A DNA stretch of 62,823 bases, the filler included, from Klebsormidium nitens (lineage: Eukaryota; Plantae; Klebsormidiophyceae): assembly GCA_000708835.1 (NCBI GenBank). It is 6 parts of 6 records of this genome, joined end to end, with 100 filler letters (N's around TTAATTAATTAA, not from the genome) between each part and the next. Parts side by side here need not be neighbours in the genome. Positions count along the whole stretch, not along the records: positions 21,031 to 44,960 come from DF237607.1; 5 more parts are not named here. One strand, 5' to 3'. Numbering within the stretch: the stretch's first letter is position 1; each line of letters begins with the position of its first letter. The translations under genes and the position numbers were made by a program. Under the pieces are notes generated by a model. That model was not told the DNA's origin. It saw nothing but the letters and a program-made list of their open reading frames with translations, and did no database searches. This document shows, piece after piece, positions 21,986 to 34,200 of this stretch.

Positions 21986-22351
21986 ATGCGACGATCACAG
22001 CGCTTTGCACTTATTCGCGAAGCGATGGACATGCTGACCTTCACGGACGCCCTTGTCATAGTCGAGGTCGTGTATGAGGAACGCAACGGTAACAACTGGG
22101 ATCACTTGGAAATAAGGCGTTACGGAGGGCACAACTTTTGGGATGTTTTAAGCATCAACACAGGTGAAACTGTGACTGATTCAGGGGATCCCAGCCAAGT
22201 GGTGCACGATCTCCGAGACCTCATCAATCGCAAATATGACATCACGTGGATTTGCCTGAAGGGTTTGGGGCGGAATAGAGACATGCACGAAGTGGTTTTG
22301 TATCCTGGTGGAGGCCGACCCTTGCCACAGCGCGAACTGCCAAGGTTCTAA
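21986..22351 (+). CDS. Orphan intronless gene, copy 2 (121 aa)
   Basis: MRRSQRFALIREAMDMLTFTDA...YDITWI...VVLYPGGGRPLPQR; paralogue of 21454-21948; TTTATAAACAA-ATG upstream. Confidence 0.7.
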   Translation: MRRSQRFALIREAMDMLTFTDALVIVEVVYEERNGNNWDHLEIRRYGGHNFWDVLSINTGETVTDSGDPSQVVHDLRDLINRKYDITWICLKGLGRNRDMHEVVLYPGGGRPLPQRELPRF

Positions 22352-23553
22352 GTGCTGAAACCCGCCAGAACAGCCAGCCCATGGTGAAGCTGAGCCTTTG
22401 AAGATATAGGTGCTGCGCTTAGGAGCCGAAGTCGATGAAGCTTCACGAATTTCAGCTAGAACTAGCGGATATCTCGAAGTACTTTCAAGCACGCAAGGAG
22501 GACGAGGGGCTGACATTTGATGAAGAACCTCTTCTATCACCTTTCACCCCAACCCTTTGAAAGCTAGCAAACATGTTTACAAGCTCCAGACAAAGACGGA
22601 CGCCACACAGTATGTTACATCTGTTTGTGCTTTCCAAGAGNNNNNNNNNNNNNNNNNNNNNNNNNNNNNNNNNNNNNNNNNNNNNNNNNNNNNNNNNNNN
22701 NNNNNNNNNNNNNNNNNNNNNNNNNNNNNNNNNNNNNNNNNNNNNNNNNNNNNNNNNNNNNNNNNNNNNNNNNNNNNNNNNNNNNNNNNNNNNNNNNNNN
22801 NNNNNNNNNNNNNNNNNNNNNNNNNNNNNNNNNNNNNNNNNNNNNNNNNNNNNNNNNNNNNNNNNNNNNNNNNNNNNNNNNNNNNNNNNNNNNNNNNNNN
22901 NNNNNNNNNNNNNNNNNNNNNNNNNNNNNNNNNNNNNNNNNNNNNNNNNNNNNNNNNNNNNNNNNNNNNNNNNNNNNNNNNNNNNNNNNNNNNNNNNNNN
23001 NNNNNNNNNNNNNNNNNNNNNNNNNNNNNNNNNNNNNNNNNNNNNNNNNNNNNNNNNNNNNNNNNNNNNNNNNNNNNNNNNNNNNNNNNNNNNNNNNNNN
23101 NNNNNNNNNNNNNNNNNNNNNNNNNNNNNNNNNNNNNNNNNNNNNNNNNNNNNNNNNNNNNNNNNNNNNNNNNNNNNNNNNNNNNNNNNNNNNNNNNNNN
23201 NNNNNNNNNNNNNNNNNNNNNNNNNNNNNNNNNNNNNNNNNNNNNNNNNNNNNNNNNNNNNNNNNNNNNNNNNNNNNNNNNNNNNNNNNNNNNNNNNNNN
23301 NNNNNNNNNNNNNNNNNNNNNNNNNNNNNNNNNNNNNNNNNNNNNNNNNNNNNNNNNNNNNNNNNNNNNNNNNNNNNNNNNNNNNNNNNNNNNNNNNNNN
23401 NNNNNNNNNNNNNNNNNNNNNNNNNNNNNNNNNNNNNNNNNNNNNNNNNNNNNNNNNNNNNNNNNNNNNNNNNNNNNNTTGGGCGAAAATGGTAATAATA
23501 ATAAGTGTGCAGAATGCAAGACCTGGCAGCAATCTGGTTGCGAGTTTGGGCGC

Positions 23554-25990
23554 TCACGCGTCTTCCTTGTTGGGAGGCTCGATCCTGACTCTCAGACTGC
23601 CGTCCACCATGACGTGGAACTCGATGTGCAGGAATATTTTCTTCCCCCCGCTCTTCCACTTGGGCCTCTCGATCCGGAACTGCTGCACCACAATGCACTC
23701 AGCAAGGCCGTCGTAGTCATCACGGTTGCCCTGAAGGACTGTAAGGACGAAGCTCGTTCCCATGACATAGCAGTTGTCTTTGCTCTTCGTCCGTCCGAAA
23801 GGTGTCCCAGCTGGCAGAACGATCTCCATGCGGCTGTACAGACAAAAAGAGCGGGTCAACCGAGATTTCACGTGGCGTGATTACTTGCAAATGAGCGTTT
23901 GGAACTTCACTCGCCAATCCACTTCTTCCCAAGACTGGCTACTCATTCCTGGGCTGTAGAGGAGAGGCTTCACAAATGCCACTTACTATCTCTCAGTCGT
24001 GACATCATGGACTCTAAACCCGATGCCGATCGGAAGCGACTCCGCGATGCTCATCGCGTACACGCCGTGCTCATTCTGTCCCGACTGTCTGGCTTCCGAG
24101 ATGGATGCCATCAGAGCTGCTCCCCTCGCAACGGCCTCCTCTGGTCTGTCCAAGACCTCCACCTTCTCTCCAAAAACCTTCCGCAGACTGGATTGGACCA
24201 GCAACATCTTGCTGGATCCACCCACCATGAGGACCTGTAACACATTACTGCTGCACATCACTTGCTTACACTTATATTTTCGCCCAAACTGTCGCCCCTG
24301 TAACGTAACGGGGGAAACAAAGAGAGCAGAAAATGGCAATAATACCAGAGTTAACTGGCTTTCCTCTGGCCGCCAGGCTGGCCTGGTACCAGAAGAAACT
24401 GTTGAATTTAGGACAACACTTGCTGTGATTCCTCATGCCATAGACCTTCGGCCCATAACGAGTACGCCTGCGGAACACCTCGCGAACTGATTCACTGAGG
24501 TCCCATCAGAGGGACTGAGATGGTGCCTTTGGATGGAGGTCTCTATACCGTGTGAGACGGGGCGCGCTGAGAGCAAGGGTCCAAGGTCATTGAAGCCCAG
24601 TGATGCAACATTGGCTGTTAGCATACCATCTCCCTAGGATTAAGTTGGGTCATTTAAACGCAGCAAACGCACCTGATCAAAATCAAGCATTACACGCAAC
24701 CTGCGACACTTTCAATGAAAACTGTAATAAAAGCATCCACCGCTTGTCGAAGAAGAAGGAATCCGTTAGCTTGTCAGGTTTTGGAGGCCTGAGGATTGTG
24801 AGGGGCGTTTCTGCTTCTTTACTGTGTTTTCAGTGTGTCAATCTGAAGACACAGTTCTGCAGTAAGGTCAGACTTTTCTTCGGCCTGCACTGCCATTTTT
24901 GGGACTGAGAGCTGATGATTGACAGCAAGCAGAGAAGGAGCCGTTGACCTCACCTTGTCCAATTTGCTCCGGTCGAACGGTGGACACTCCGAGCGCACGT
25001 CAGAACCTGCCATGGTTGCCTCCCCCGTGATCTTGATGGCCTCGTCCACTGTGCGCATACACGCCTCCAGCAGTCCAGACAGCGCCTCATCGTAGGCTTC
25101 CCTCGAGACGTTCACGTCCAAAGTCACATCCTCCCCCGTAGGTGAACGGCAGAATGATGCGACAGTGATCGTCTGGACTTGCAAATCAGGGTCCTCCTGA
25201 AATGTTTCCTTGGCCACTTTGCAGGCCCTCTGCAGCTCGGCAGCCTTTGCAGCCGACGGTTCCAAAGCACTGGGGTGGTCCCTCTTGAAGGAGTCTAGAA
25301 CCTGTTTGCATGGAAGTGCACAGTTCATCAAAATTACCATTTTCACCCAAAATGCAACGTATCAGGTTGCTACAACGAATGCGATACATGGCCCGGCCTA
25401 GTACCAAAATGACCCGCTGTATTCAGGACACCCCTTGCTAGGATCACACAAGCTTCTCTGAAAGGCTTCATTTTCTGCCCCAATTCTGATGTCAGTGACA
25501 ATCTGCTGCTCAATCTGAGCTCTGACATTTTCCCCTGCACAGCGGTTCACTTCTGCTTAGCCACACATGCTTTGCTAAAGCAGGAGACTCACCAGCTTTC
25601 GCATGGCATCGTCGAAATCCTCTCCCCCAAGAAACATGTCGCCCTTCTTCCCTGCCACGGTCAGGTTGTACTTCCCCTGTTGGTACACAATGGAGATGTC
25701 CAGGGTGCCTCCCCCGAGGTCGAACACTAGGAACCAAGAGTACTTCTCAGGGCTTGCCTCGCCCTCGTACCAGTTTGCTAGTGCAGCTGTGGGCTCCCTT
25801 GCAAAACCCTCGGGGTATGTTTCAAGACCTGCTAATCTCAGCATCTGGTGCATTGCGTCAATCTGAACAGAGCTGAAGTATGCAGGGATGGTGACCATGA
25901 CCCTCTTTTTGTCAGCACCATGCTTGTCGAGGGTTTTGTCCGCGAGCCTCATGATCTCCTTCAGGATCTCTGCTCCAGCGGCCTCAGGAG
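23554..25990 (-). CDS. Divergent Hsp70-family chaperone, spliced, 5' end lost in a gap
   Basis: TIPAYFS, REPTAA, VFDLGGGTLDIS, GGEDFD, VLMVGGSSK, PEEAVARGAA. Phase-consistent GT-AG exons: <=25990-25593, 25301-24954, 24234-23987, 23833-~23554. Confidence 0.85.
24367..24730. repeat. Dispersed repeat inside an Hsp70 intron, inverted copy at 43350-43500 plus 44738-44960
   Basis: Direct reverse-complement alignment with high identity. Confidence 0.9.
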
Positions 25991-26882
25991 NNNNNNNNNN
26001 NNNNNNNNNNNNNNNNNNNNNNNNNNNNNNNNNNNNNNNNNNNNNNNNNNNNNNNNNNNNNNNNNNNNNNNNNNNNNNNNNNNNNNNNNNNNNNNNNNNN
26101 NNNNNNNNNNNNNNNNNNNNNNNNNNNNNNNNNNNNNNNNNNNNNNNNNNNNNNNNNNNNNNNNNNNNNNNNNNNNNNNNNNNNNNNNNNNNNNNNNNNN
26201 NNNNNNNNNNNNNNNNNNNNNNNNNNNNNNNNNNNNNNNNNNNNNNNNNNNNNNNNNNNNNNNNNNNNNNNNNNNNNNNNNNNNNNNNNNNNNNNNNNNN
26301 NNNNNNNNNNNNNNNNNNNNNNNNNNNNNNNNNNNNNNNNNNNNNNNNNNNNNNNNNNNNNNNNNNNNNNNNNNNNNNNNNNNNNNNNNNNNNNNNNNNN
26401 NNNNNNNNNNNNNNNNNNNNNNNNNNNNNNNNNNNNNNNNNNNNNNNNNNNNNNNNNNNNNNNNNNNNNNNNNNNNNNNNNNNNNNNNNNNNNNNNCATC
26501 AAGAATTCGCCAACTCGATGAAAAAGTTCATGCTAACACTTTCGGAAGTATCGACGGTTGTTAACAATTCCGGTTTTTCCCAAGTTGGGTCGACATGTAC
26601 CACAGAATGCCACGTGGCGCATAAAAGACGAGTTTGGTTGCATCCGACGGTTCCTCGCGCGCCAGTGTCCTTTGGAGGTCACGTACTGGGCTGCCCGACA
26701 CACCATAGGCTGTTGATTCTGCACACAACGGTATTGGTAGTCCTCAAAAACCGGCTGGAAGGATCAAGGCAGAGGCAGAGGGTTCTCACTTTGCATTTGA
26801 TCGACTGTGGGGTTTGTGACGCCCATGTTGAGGAAGAGTTGTTGGTCTGCATTCACAGAGGCTTCACAGCAGAAAGGCAAAC

Positions 26883-27398
26883 ATGAACCCCCTTCTTGCG
26901 GCGCAGGCGCTGGCGCTGAGGAATTCGTCTGACATGTCAGATGGCCAGATCCTTGAGTCTCTGGGAGGAGTTGACACACTGGGCATTCAGAGCTACACAG
27001 CACTCCTGGCTCTCCTCCAACACACTCCCAGGGCAGGTGTGGTTTATCAGCACCTAGGGCAGGCTCTTAATCCATTTGGCTTGAGCCCAGGGTTTCAAGC
27101 TACTTCCTATCAGTCGAGGCAAGTCTTTTCTCCTCCTCAAACTCACGCAATCCTAAACACCCCTCAGTTCACGCCACTTCTAGCAGATGTGAGCACAAAC
27201 TTCCTTCCCAGGCCAGCCCCCCCATTCACCAGCACACTCACCCCTCAGCTAGCAGAGATGAGCACTGTTTCTACACAACCCCGGCCAGCACCCCCACAAG
27301 CGGTTGGTGGGAGTGGCAGTCTGTCCACCCCTGGACTGGATCACATGTCTGGGGAGAAACTTACAGAGCGGGTGCAAGAGTCTCTCAGAGGTGCGTGA
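26883..27398 (+). CDS. Possible exon of a low-complexity hypothetical host gene
   Basis: Pro/Ser/Gln-rich ORF ending near a GT donor; no recognisable domain. Confidence 0.3.
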   Translation: MNPLLAAQALALRNSSDMSDGQILESLGGVDTLGIQSYTALLALLQHTPRAGVVYQHLGQALNPFGLSPGFQATSYQSRQVFSPPQTHAILNTPQFTPLLADVSTNFLPRPAPPFTSTLTPQLAEMSTVSTQPRPAPPQAVGGSGSLSTPGLDHMSGEKLTERVQESLRGA

Positions 27399-27873
27399 TA
27401 TTGTACTTGCTCTGTGCTTGCTTGACAGATGATGCGTTGCTGTCTCAGGTTGCCAGCTTGCAGAATGCATCTGCCTACTTGACACCACACTGTTGACGTG
27501 GTATCGCATTGAACCTCACACGTGTCTCGAAGGTGAAACAGATATATCGAGTTCTCAAGAACAGATACATTACAGATGGCCTTGCATTTGAGGCAAGGTG
27601 TTCAAAGGAAGGAGCGCTGAAGTAGAGCAGGCACCCCTTGAAGGTACAGTCCTATCTGTCCTGAGTCCAATGTCTGATGCATGCAGAAGATAAAGAATGC
27701 TCAGAATGTACAGGACAGAGGGCAGCATGTACAGGGCATCAGAGTGTAGCAGGGGGGTAGCAGATTGCAGCAGGGGAACACCAGAGTGCAGCAGGGGGGC
27801 AGGGGGTAGAATGCAGGAGAGTGCAGCAGGGGGGCAGCAGATTGCAGAGTTCACAGCAATAAATAATGCTTAC

Positions 27874-29585
27874 CGCCCGATGAAGTTTAGATCTTCGGAA
27901 TCCTTTTTCTTGTTCCCGTCTTTCTTGCGCAGCTTCACTTTCTTGCACCCCAGTTTGGTAGCCTTGATGAAGCGATTGAGTGCCTCTACTTTTGGCTCAA
28001 TGTCCAGGTTGGCAATGATGGTCCTCTTGAAGACCATCGCTATCAAGCGGAGGAGCGTGTGGAGGATACAGAGGTAGAGGAAGACGAGTTTGATGTCGAA
28101 GAGAGGGGGACATCCAAACTTCTGGCCGGCGTGCTTGAGCTGGTAAGCTGCTTTCTGCGCTTTCGTAGTTGGGCCAACTGAAGCGTCTACGGCAGCCTGG
28201 TCTGGGAATGGCTCGTTACAGAAGGGGCATTTGACTTCTGGCCCGGTGTGTAGGGGGCGATGGTCAGCTGCTGCCATCTCCTCTAAGGTTCTGGCCTTCG
28301 CATGCATTGGCCCCCGTCGCCCCTCTGCGTCGGTAATGATGGTTCCGTAATCCTTCTTGTGCATTTTGCAGAATACACACCCCTGTGTGCATGAGTGCCC
28401 AGCATGCCCCAACACCTCAGCTAGGAGTACATAGTCAGCTCCCATTGTCTGCTTTATGACAAAGTGGACGCCATCGACATCCAGCCCTAAGGCTGTCAGC
28501 TCCTTCATAACATTCAGGAAGGGCCCAAGATACTCCTTGTAGTTGTCGTAATTGTCCTTTCCCTCGAAGAGCAGAATGCACCTCATGTTTTGAGGTGCTT
28601 GAGCGCAGACCTGACCATTGCTAACAAACTTGAAGCCAAACTTTGAGTGTTTTATTCCCCTCAGAATGCCTGCAGCATCTCCGCCCCAGTGGATCCAAGC
28701 TTGCATAACCAGTTGGTCCACTTCACTCTGCAGGTACCCATTTCTACGCTCATCTCGAAGCCCTTCTTCTACCACCTTGCGGAGCTCAAGCCAGCAAGCA
28801 GTCCTTGCCTCGTCCTGAATGAGAGGGATAACCGCAGCTATTTCTGCCCGGAGCTCGGTGACCTGGTTCTTGGATTTGAACTTAGGTATGAAAACTCCGC
28901 TCCCTTTCTCAAAAAGTTCTTTGTGCACCCATTCCTTCTTTGTCTCGCTGTAATCTTTCGCTGCGATGTTAATCAGATGCTGGAACTTCTCGCCAGCTCG
29001 TATCTTGCAGTGAATCTGAAGAGTAAGACACTTCTCAAGGGTCCAGTACTCCTCAATCTGAGTAATGACCTCCCGGCGGATAGGAAGGACCCACTCAGGA
29101 TTGTCTTTACAGATGGTTTTGAAATCTGTGAGGGTAATGCCGTGTGTCTTCACTTCTTGGTACAATGTAGGGTTTCTGAGACAGTGTTCAAAGATTGCTT
29201 GCTTCGTGGCAGCAACTGTGGCGTATTTGCTTTCTAAGAAGGATCCCAGTTCAGATGCCAATCTCCTTTGAGTGGGAGCAGAAGTTCCTCCTTGGAGAGG
29301 CCTAGGTTGAACTCGCTCAGCCACTCCTTTCAAGCGTAATCTCAGCCGAAGTGAAACAAGTTGGCTGTTTTTCTTGTCAATGATGTCTTGAAGGTTCTGC
29401 AGTCGTTGGGATTGCTCTTTCAATAAGGCTGCTGCTGCAATCCTGGTTTCTTCGATATACTTGTCAAACCTGGCCTGAATCACTTCCTCACTCCTTTCTG
29501 CACGTTCTGCAGGTGTTTGTGGAGCAAGTTGTGTGCCTCCCGTCTTCTTGAATTTTCGATCTTTTCGAGGCTTAGCAGCAGTCAC
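27874..29585 (-). mobile_element. RAG1/Transib-like DDE transposase (long exon; C-terminal part not resolved)
   Basis: IHWGGDAAG (first Asp), MGADYVLLAEVLG-x9-CVFC (RAG1-type GYD..L..EV.G-x9-CxxC), CILH (C/DxxH motif); GTAAG donor at 27873. Confidence 0.62.
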
Positions 29586-31266
29586 TTTGTGATTCTGGTA
29601 AAGGTTGTAGTTTGATAATGGTTAAATGTTCTTCTCAAAGATTGCCTCCGGATTTGCATACATTTTTCTGATCGAATGAATTATAAGAGCATGGTGCATA
29701 TGATCAGAATATGTCATGAGCATTGTTATAGTCCATTGTAAGAGTTGCATTGTCATTCCCTTTAGTGAATCTGAAATGTCATGAGATTCACACATATGCA
29801 TACAATACATTGAATGTGCAACATGAAAAATATGAATTTGTGTATGCCTATGTAACTTGCATTGATGTGATGATAGTCAAATTGCAAGGTTCAATTGTTG
29901 CATCACTGTAAGTTTCTAGCTACTTGTCTGAATGTTTCTCAGAACTAGGTAACACATTACTGTCGTCCATTTTAACGAGACGCGCCACAATGGTCTCTAC
30001 AATGCGCCCATTTTTGGTGAGGCACATTGTCGGAACAACCTCCGCTTGTGCAATCTCCTTGTAAACAGCTCTATTCATTGTGCACTGGATGCAAGGAGAT
30101 GGAACACTTGCATATTTGCTGGCTTTAAAGCTTCGATCCATGTTGACAAGCGCCCTATAATTATTCTGCAAGCAAGATTAACAGTGTTCGAATGCAATTG
30201 AAGTTCCAAGCTGCTCGAGCCTAAGTAAGACTGGACACCATTACCATGCTGAACCGGCGTTACCACACTGAGACTGTCGACTGCATTCTCGATTGCAATT
30301 CTAAAACCGGTCGCGCGCCCGAGAACCGGGTAAGGCTGATCGTACGTAAAATTTCAGTCCGCAGTCCGGCGCTGCGTTAACTTTTCGACGATAAATTTTA
30401 CGGACTTTATCGAATTTCCGAAGTTTATCGATGAATTCTGCCGACGGTGACCGTCCGGTTTTCATCCGGACGCGCGTCCGGGCTGGTTGTGAATTGTAGT
30501 TTCTTCCAAAAACCGGTTCGATTACTCGCCTTGATCAGCCTACATTCAATCGTGACCGTTGACGAGATTCATGTGCAGAAATGCCCCGCTGTGATAAAAA
30601 CGTGCTTTCTTTCCAAGGCTTTGTTGGCGCACTGCTGAGGAAATTGAAATAGCTCATGTGGCGGTCGCATTATTTGCCAAGCTCATATAAAGTATAGCCA
30701 TAGCTAGTAGGTACCACATGTGTAGACTGCGCGCTATACTTGACAAGATCAATGGCTCAAAAGGCCTCAACCGGCAACATAGATTCAACAACTAGACTGA
30801 AAAGTGCCGGGTACTGAATGGAATGCATGACTCGGAGGCAGTGAGTCAAAGCACTAGGCCACCCGCTATGTCAAAGATCCTCTAGGAGGATAATTGCAAG
30901 CTCGTTTGTAATATATACGTGCAAATCATTTAGAACGATCTCGGATCGCATAATTGCACATATGTATCGTTTGTTAAATCCGGACTTGCACGAAGGACCA
31001 GAGTTCATTTCGTATTGCCTTTGTAGAGTTGGTTAACGTGTACACAATCGGAGCAAAGGCCGGCCACATGCGTCGCGATGAGGGTTTTTGATGATGCACT
31101 TACATAAGCCTTTTTGGAACCTACGCATGCCGCGGAATTGCCCATGGCAACAAAGGATAGCACCATCCTTAACCACGAGTATCTCTCACATCTTTTTATA
31201 TCAAGATACAATGAAAAACAAGCTTGCTCAGTCGAAGGCCCAATTTCACCGCAAGCTAGCAGCGAC

Positions 31267-34200
31267 TCAAGGCAACCTCCGGGGCTCACAGGTGATTTCC
31301 AAAGAGTACTGCGAGATCGCCTTCTTGATCGCAACCGATCCTGGTCCGGCGATGGGCACTCCTTTGAAGTGAGGGAATGTGTCCGAAGGGACGACAAAGT
31401 ACAACTTCACCGCCCCACTTTGGTCCCCGGCCCCGTCCGCCCCACTTTGGTCCGTGGCCCCATCCGCCGCATCTTGCAAGACACCTTTCTTCAAGCTCGT
31501 GATAGCCGTCTTCAGCCCAGCCAACTGCATTGGCCTTGCCTCTGAGAACCCCTTCTTCCGATTCGCCACAGTCACTTGAAACAGTTTGTCCGGCTGCATG
31601 CCTGAATCCACTGCCGGCTTAGTGCCACTCACAGGCCTGAAATACCTCCCATCTTCCAGCTCCTCCACCTCCTTCCACTTAGTGAACTCGAACGTACTTG
31701 ATGTCGGTGGGAGCGTAACGGCCCCTTCATCACCGGTCGCCAGATTCCGGGTTCTGAACTCCCCCCCTTCTGCCATTTTTTCGTGAACGTAGCTCTCCCA
31801 CAAAAGGCCGCGCAACCCTGCAACCCTCGTATCCCCTGCAGACGCCACGAGAAAGCGGCGGAGTTTACCCTCGTCTTGTCTCGCAAGCCGCTTCACCACC
31901 GCGTCCGAAACGTAGTCCGAGGCTGGCTCCATCCAGGTGGTCATGAAGTCAGGCCCCGCCCTCAAGTGGAGGACCTTATGCGAGGCAGCGTCAGGCGCGG
32001 CGGTTGCTTTGACGGCTTGCACGAGGAGATCGAAGTCCTGGGCATCGATGGCCTTCTCCAGCAGGCCCTGCTCCCTCTCGCCCACCTTCTCCACAACGTA
32101 GCGCGGAATGCCACCCCACCTGCACAGGGACCAAGCAAGCAAGTGAGGCGCAGCAAGTGAGGCGCAGCAAGTGAGGCGGTGAGGCTGGTGCGGCCAATCT
32201 TCTCTTAGGCCCAACTCGTCATGAATGCACTTACAGGGACGGCTGCAAGTCAGGTGGACGATCTTGATGACACTGCAGGTCAATGTGCTTGCTTCAAACA
32301 TCGCTGGAGTCGCGGAGCCGTACCGGTGGTATCGCCCAAGCACGTCCTCAATCGGCTTCTCCGGATGGATTCTCTCGCTGCACTCGGCCAGCTCGGGCCA
32401 CGCCCACACGTCCATGTACAGCCGGGTGTATCCTTTCCTCTTCCAGACCTCCTGCCACAGGAGCGCATGATAATGATGCTTTTTACAAGGGTCCAACTAG
32501 TGGACGCCGGGGATTGGGATGATTCCACCAAACGGCCATGACAACGAAACAACCATGCCGGCGAGAACGAGCGTCAATGGCAGGACGGGTGCAAGTGCAG
32601 CTGCGTTCTCGGTCTGGAGAGACGTGCAGAATCTAAGCAGGCCTTACTTGGTAGACGTCCGGATTGGGGGAGGTAATCAGGACCATCCTCGCCCCATTCG
32701 GCAGCGAGCCAACTGTCGACGGGTCGAGGCCATCCACCAGGTACCTGTGAACAAGTGGCTTGATAAGCCCTTCAATCGTTGAGGAAGCAGCCGAAGCACA
32801 ACCCATGATGCATGCGCTGGCATGGCTGCCGGGTTCGCTCGACTGCACAAAGCGCAGGCCTTCATTTTCAAACGAGGGGCTTAGGGACTTCGGGGGCCGG
32901 TCGGACCATCTTGACCAACACAGTTGAGAATGCACGGACTGGATATGCGACTTACCGCACGTCAGGGTTGTCCAGCTCTTTTCGGAGAGCCACACGATCC
33001 AGCTCATACGCACCGTCTACCGTAAGAAGCACCGGCGTGGGGCAGTCGCCCCTCTTGACGACGACGACACGCCGCCCCTCGCACGCCCACCGGTGCAAGA
33101 GCTTGTAACCAAAGATGGATTTTCCAATGCCTGCACAGCAGCAAACCGATTTCGCCCATTTCGGGACCTCAGGGCCATCTCTCAGAGCAATCAGCAAGCC
33201 AATCTGTGGTCTTCAATGTGCAAGCATGTGATTAGGTCTAACGGGGAAGGAGGGAAAAACGAATCTTGCTGACCTGGGTTGCCTAAGATCGCCACTGCCT
33301 CAACGTCCCCTTCACTGCTCGTCCCAGCAAAGAGCTGATCCAGCAACCTATCCAGTGGGCCATAGCAGTCGCAGTTGAACAGCTTGTTGCCGAGCGCCTT
33401 GGATCCAAGAAAGCTTGTCCCGTCCGCAAGGGTCATGATTCTCCCGTCATCAGACCACGTCGCACGCGGCAACGCCAGCCAGAAGTCTCTGAGCGACTCT
33501 TTTGCACCTGCACACAATTGAAGTCTTTTTCTTTTGAGTGAGTGCTTGAGACTGCCTAGACAAGGCCCAGCTCAACCTGCTTTCAGCCAGCGACAGGAGC
33601 AACTGCTTGCACTCGATTTGAGGATTTGTGTTGGAGGCCACTTTTGGGCATCTACGAAAAGAAGTGCATACATCAATGAAGCTTTTCAGAGCCAGGAGCA
33701 AGCCTCCTACTGAGGTTCTCGGGTCCGCTAGAACTGCCAAGTCATTCTTGTCGCACGATGAACTGGCACCCTGCCAATGCAAACGAGCCTGTCCGCATAA
33801 GCTCACCCAGGACATTATTTATGAGCAAGAAATTCTCGGCTGCCCTGCTCCACTCTGGAAAGACATGCTCACTCGGGCAAGCAGAAATATCTTTGTACGA
33901 GAAGGAGTAGCAGAAAGAACTTTGTGTTTCCAGCTTCCTCCACTATGGTCCGCATCAAAAACCACACCCACCATGAAAGCAGCTGCAATCGCACCGTTTT
34001 GTTGCCAAGCAGTCTGGTAATCTCGAGCAGCTTAACAACAGAAGGCATGCAAAAAGACTCCAATCGAGCACCCAAAACGGCGGAAGTCTATGTGCAAAAG
34101 TAACCTGCCAAAAGATGACTTCAATCTGACTTGAACTTCCCTTCCAAACTGAGAGGCCAAAGGAAGTGACTTACTGGGGCCCACAATTCCTGCAGCACTC

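Noticed and set aside
22485-26886. Long ORFs made mostly of X
   Set aside because: Artefacts of N gaps at 22641-23478 and 25991-26497.
27720-27850. GCAGCAGGGGG repeats as a CRISPR-like or coding array
   Set aside because: Irregular minisatellite with no constant repeat and spacer structure.
30290-30660. CpG-rich partial inverted motifs as the transposase TIR
   Set aside because: Matches are short and internal; no partner terminus or TSD found on the other side of the transposase.
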